Shown one piece after another: positions 61,558 to 64,000 of a stretch of 64,000 nucleotides of DNA. The position numbers and the translations under genes are program-made. The notes beneath the pieces are model-generated. The model did not search any database. It saw nothing but the letters and a program-made list of their open reading frames with translations, and had not been told where the DNA came from. How positions within the stretch are numbered: position 1 is the first letter of the stretch; each line of letters starts with the position of its first letter. The stretch covers positions 248,001 to 312,000 of the IMG/VR virus record IMGVR_UViG_3300042367_000228; one strand, written 5' to 3'.

Positions 61558-62307
61558 ACCTTTCCATAAGTTACGATTAATAGTTTGTTCAATTGGACTA
61601 GTCCCAAGTGCCGGAAAGAAGTTAATGTTTACTACGTTTTGTAACTGCTCAACAGTTAAAATAAACTTAGGTAACTCTCTAGCAGAAATTCCGTCATTTG
61701 GTATTAAGAATGCAATTGTTTGATTATTAGTTGCATCATAAATTGCCTTCCATAAGTAATCAGGAATAGCTACACCTTTACCAATTGTTTTAATTTGTTT
61801 ACTAGGTTGATAATAAGTTCCAGAAGTTACATAAATGTCACGCCCTTCCCCTGCCCAGTTACGAACAGTTGATTCTAACTTATTCCAAATACCTCTGTTG
61901 TTGGCAGGTACTTGTGGAACCATATTAGTAAGTGCAAAACTTTCACTCATAATTTCTTTAGTTTGAGTACTGTCACCTGCAGGAACTAGGTGTCCTCTGT
62001 CATATGGATGACCTGCATAGTCGTGTAGTGTTGCTCTAAATTGTTCCGGTACATCTAAGTCTGGATGAAAGTCGTCTTGACGATGAACTACTCCACTCAT
62101 ATCTTCAGGTGATACATGTTCAACTACATACTCTGCAGTTTTAGTATCGTAACGATAATGAATAGCATAATTTTGTTTACACAAGTATTGTGAAGCAGTA
62201 AGTTGCGACACTGGAGCACCGTGTATAGAAAACTGTGGACATTTGTCATCAATGGGATTTGCTGCTACCGTTAAAGGTAACAGGAGTAATAATAAAAGTT
62301 TTTTCAT
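61552..62307 (-). CDS. DNA/RNA non-specific endonuclease (NucA/EndoG family)
   Basis: YDRGHLVP, TNMVPQ...NRGIW..LE; signal peptide. Confidence 0.92.
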   Translation of the reverse strand: MKKLLLLLLLPLTVAANPIDDKCPQFSIHGAPVSQLTASQYLCKQNYAIHYRYDTKTAEYVVEHVSPEDMSGVVHRQDDFHPDLDVPEQFRATLHDYAGHPYDRGHLVPAGDSTQTKEIMSESFALTNMVPQVPANNRGIWNKLESTVRNWAGEGRDIYVTSGTYYQPSKQIKTIGKGVAIPDYLWKAIYDATNNQTIAFLIPNDGISARELPKFILTVEQLQNVVNINFFPALGTSPIEQTINRNLWKGL

Positions 62308-62720
62308 TTAAACCAGCCTATTCGTTTGTTGTTAGTAATACGGAAGTTGTAGTCTTCTACACTTCCGGGGAATCTCCATGCCCATATTGCAACTAGTATC
62401 ATAAATCCACCAGAACCAATTATAGCATGTAAATTATGTGTTGTGAACCAAATTATAAGTAATGAACTAGACATTACAAGTAACATCATGTATTTCATTT
62501 TAGTTGGAAAAACTTGTTTGTTTACCCAATTAGTTAAAAATGGTCCAAAATGTTTGTGATCATAAATCCATTTATGCATAGTAGGACTGCCTTTGCTAAA
62601 TGCATAAGCAGCTCCTACTAAGAACGGACTAAAAGGAATACCTGGAGTAACAACTCCAATGTATGCTAGTCCTAATAATATAAAACCTAGTATTTTCCAA
62701 AGGCCTGCTTTTAATTTCAT
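62304..62720 (-). CDS. ybaN: DUF454/YbaN membrane protein
   Basis: LAYIGVVTPGIPFSPF...FSKGSP..HKW..H..FGP. Confidence 0.8.
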   Translation of the reverse strand: MKLKAGLWKILGFILLGLAYIGVVTPGIPFSPFLVGAAYAFSKGSPTMHKWIYDHKHFGPFLTNWVNKQVFPTKMKYMMLLVMSSSLLIIWFTTHNLHAIIGSGGFMILVAIWAWRFPGSVEDYNFRITNNKRIGWFK

Positions 62721-63268
62721 AGCATAAAGTTTTGTGCAAATTCTAAACTACATCTTTCTAATGCAATATCCCAGGTGTCGTCGAGATCAGCATCGAAAAT
62801 TAGTTCAGGGTCGCACGTAGATGTACACCAGTTGATATAACTATTACCAGTAATGTCACCAGTTATTTGTTTTGTAAGTTTTTCAACAGGCCAAACACAC
62901 ATGCCTAAAAACATTCTCCATTGATTCGGTTCGTCACCTTCTTGGAATCTTTTAAGTACATCGTCATTTGACGTAATAGAAAAGTGTTTTGATATTCTAT
63001 ATGTATTTTTACACTTCCATTCTGGCGAATGTAAAATTGTAAAACTTGTCTGTCTTTCAGGTCCACCGATGTGTAACATTCCTGAAACATGATCTAAGTC
63101 ATAACCAAGTCTATCACCGAACTCAGAAAGTGACATTCGACTAATTTTATTTGTAATTAGTCCTATTGCGTTGTCCCCTTCGATATCTGTAATTAATATG
63201 GTCGAACTACCCCATAAATTATGTTGTACTGACGGTGGAGCTATTAATAATGTTCCTTGTTTTATCAT
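62717..63268 (-). CDS. YqgE/AlgH (DUF179) family protein
   Basis: GTLLIAPP, GLITNK, IGGP, LHS, RMFLGMCVW. Confidence 0.8.
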   Translation of the reverse strand: MIKQGTLLIAPPSVQHNLWGSSTILITDIEGDNAIGLITNKISRMSLSEFGDRLGYDLDHVSGMLHIGGPERQTSFTILHSPEWKCKNTYRISKHFSITSNDDVLKRFQEGDEPNQWRMFLGMCVWPVEKLTKQITGDITGNSYINWCTSTCDPELIFDADLDDTWDIALERCSLEFAQNFML

Positions 63269-63349
63269 TGTTTATTATGTGTTATAATGTTTAAAATAAT
63301 TGATTACATCACCGTTAGTGTAATAATCTTGTCATTTGTACCGATTAAG

Positions 63350-64000
63350 TTAGACCGTAGTTACTGTTCCAACTTTAAAACCTTCCAACTTAGCTTGTTT
63401 CTTAAGCATGTTCTTTAATTGCTCATCAGACAAGTCAGATACTTTAGTGTGTATCGAAGCGCCAGCGGCATTGGCCATGTCAATAGTATACTGACTAGTT
63501 CCTGTCTTTTTACCCACTCCAGTTGCCCACGTTCTACACGCTTGGTTGATAGTTAAATTGTTGTATTTAGGTCGTCTCCACTGCACCATTTGCAATTTCA
63601 ATCCGTCCTCTAATGTAGGCATGATAGCAACCGGTTCACCATCAGCTGCACGAATATAACCTAATGCGCCATAACTTTTAGCAATACCGCTGTACGCAAT
63701 ATTACCTGGATTGTTTGTTCTCCAAGAGATAGACCCGCCGGTGCGTCTTTCGTTGCCAATAATAACTTCTCTGCCTTTTGCAGATGCGGTCGTTGGTGCA
63801 GGTCCTGATCTCGACGGTTCAAGTTCTGCTCCTACATCTACAGACGCTTTAGATTTTACTTCAGGTTTCGATGGAGCTGGCTCGCTCTTAACTATACTTA
63901 ATGAACTCGGTAATGCACCTTTACTCATGTAATCTGACATGCCTGGTACTTGTTTAATCGCACCATTCATTGCGTCAATTGTAGTAGCATCCGGTTTGCC
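63350..64000 (-). CDS. Lysozyme-like virion/cell-wall protein, C-terminal part (starts beyond the window)
   Basis: Frame open to the window edge; WRTNNPGNI motif; ends ...LEG. Confidence 0.55.
   Translation of the reverse strand, partial: GKPDATTIDAMNGAIKQVPGMSDYMSKGALPSSLSIVKSEPAPSKPEVKSKASVDVGAELEPSRSGPAPTTASAKGREVIIGNERRTGGSISWRTNNPGNIAYSGIAKSYGALGYIRAADGEPVAIMPTLEDGLKLQMVQWRRPKYNNLTINQACRTWATGVGKKTGTSQYTIDMANAAGASIHTKVSDLSDEQLKNMLKKQAKLEGFKVGTVTTV

Overview
64 kb of an AT-rich, gene-dense large tailed dsDNA phage genome (T4-like/jumbo myovirus style: TA(TA)AATA late promoters, sigma70-type early promoters, PAAR spike, many fibre/virion proteins), mostly on the minus strand. It holds a curli-like envelope cassette (csgF, csgG, two curlin-repeat proteins, FecR, CHASE2 protein), a host-like stress/metabolic block (rimK, bilin reductase, heme oxygenase, clpS, hsp20, dnaK), RNA ligase, a ~16 kb tail-fibre region, rpsU, rlpA, glutaredoxin, class Ia RNR, SOD and four homing endonucleases. 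Main signals missed by the ORF track: (1) a 24-aa PqqA (PQQ precursor peptide) gene with a perfect SD, suggesting a methano/methylotroph host; (2) a complete group I intron in dnaK; (3) nrdA fractured by a GIY-YIG gene, with non-splicing split-intein remnants on both halves; (4) a start-less 109-codon ORF reached by a -1 shift at A_AAA_AAG; (5) about 11 unrelated late proteins sharing an N-terminal M-[KR]-[IVF]-x-[ED]-[LI]-x(1-2)-E tag resembling a capsid-targeting signal; (6) several structured non-coding RNA candidates and ROSE-like thermometers on both hsp20 and dnaK. All calls come from reading the sequence; no database searches were run.
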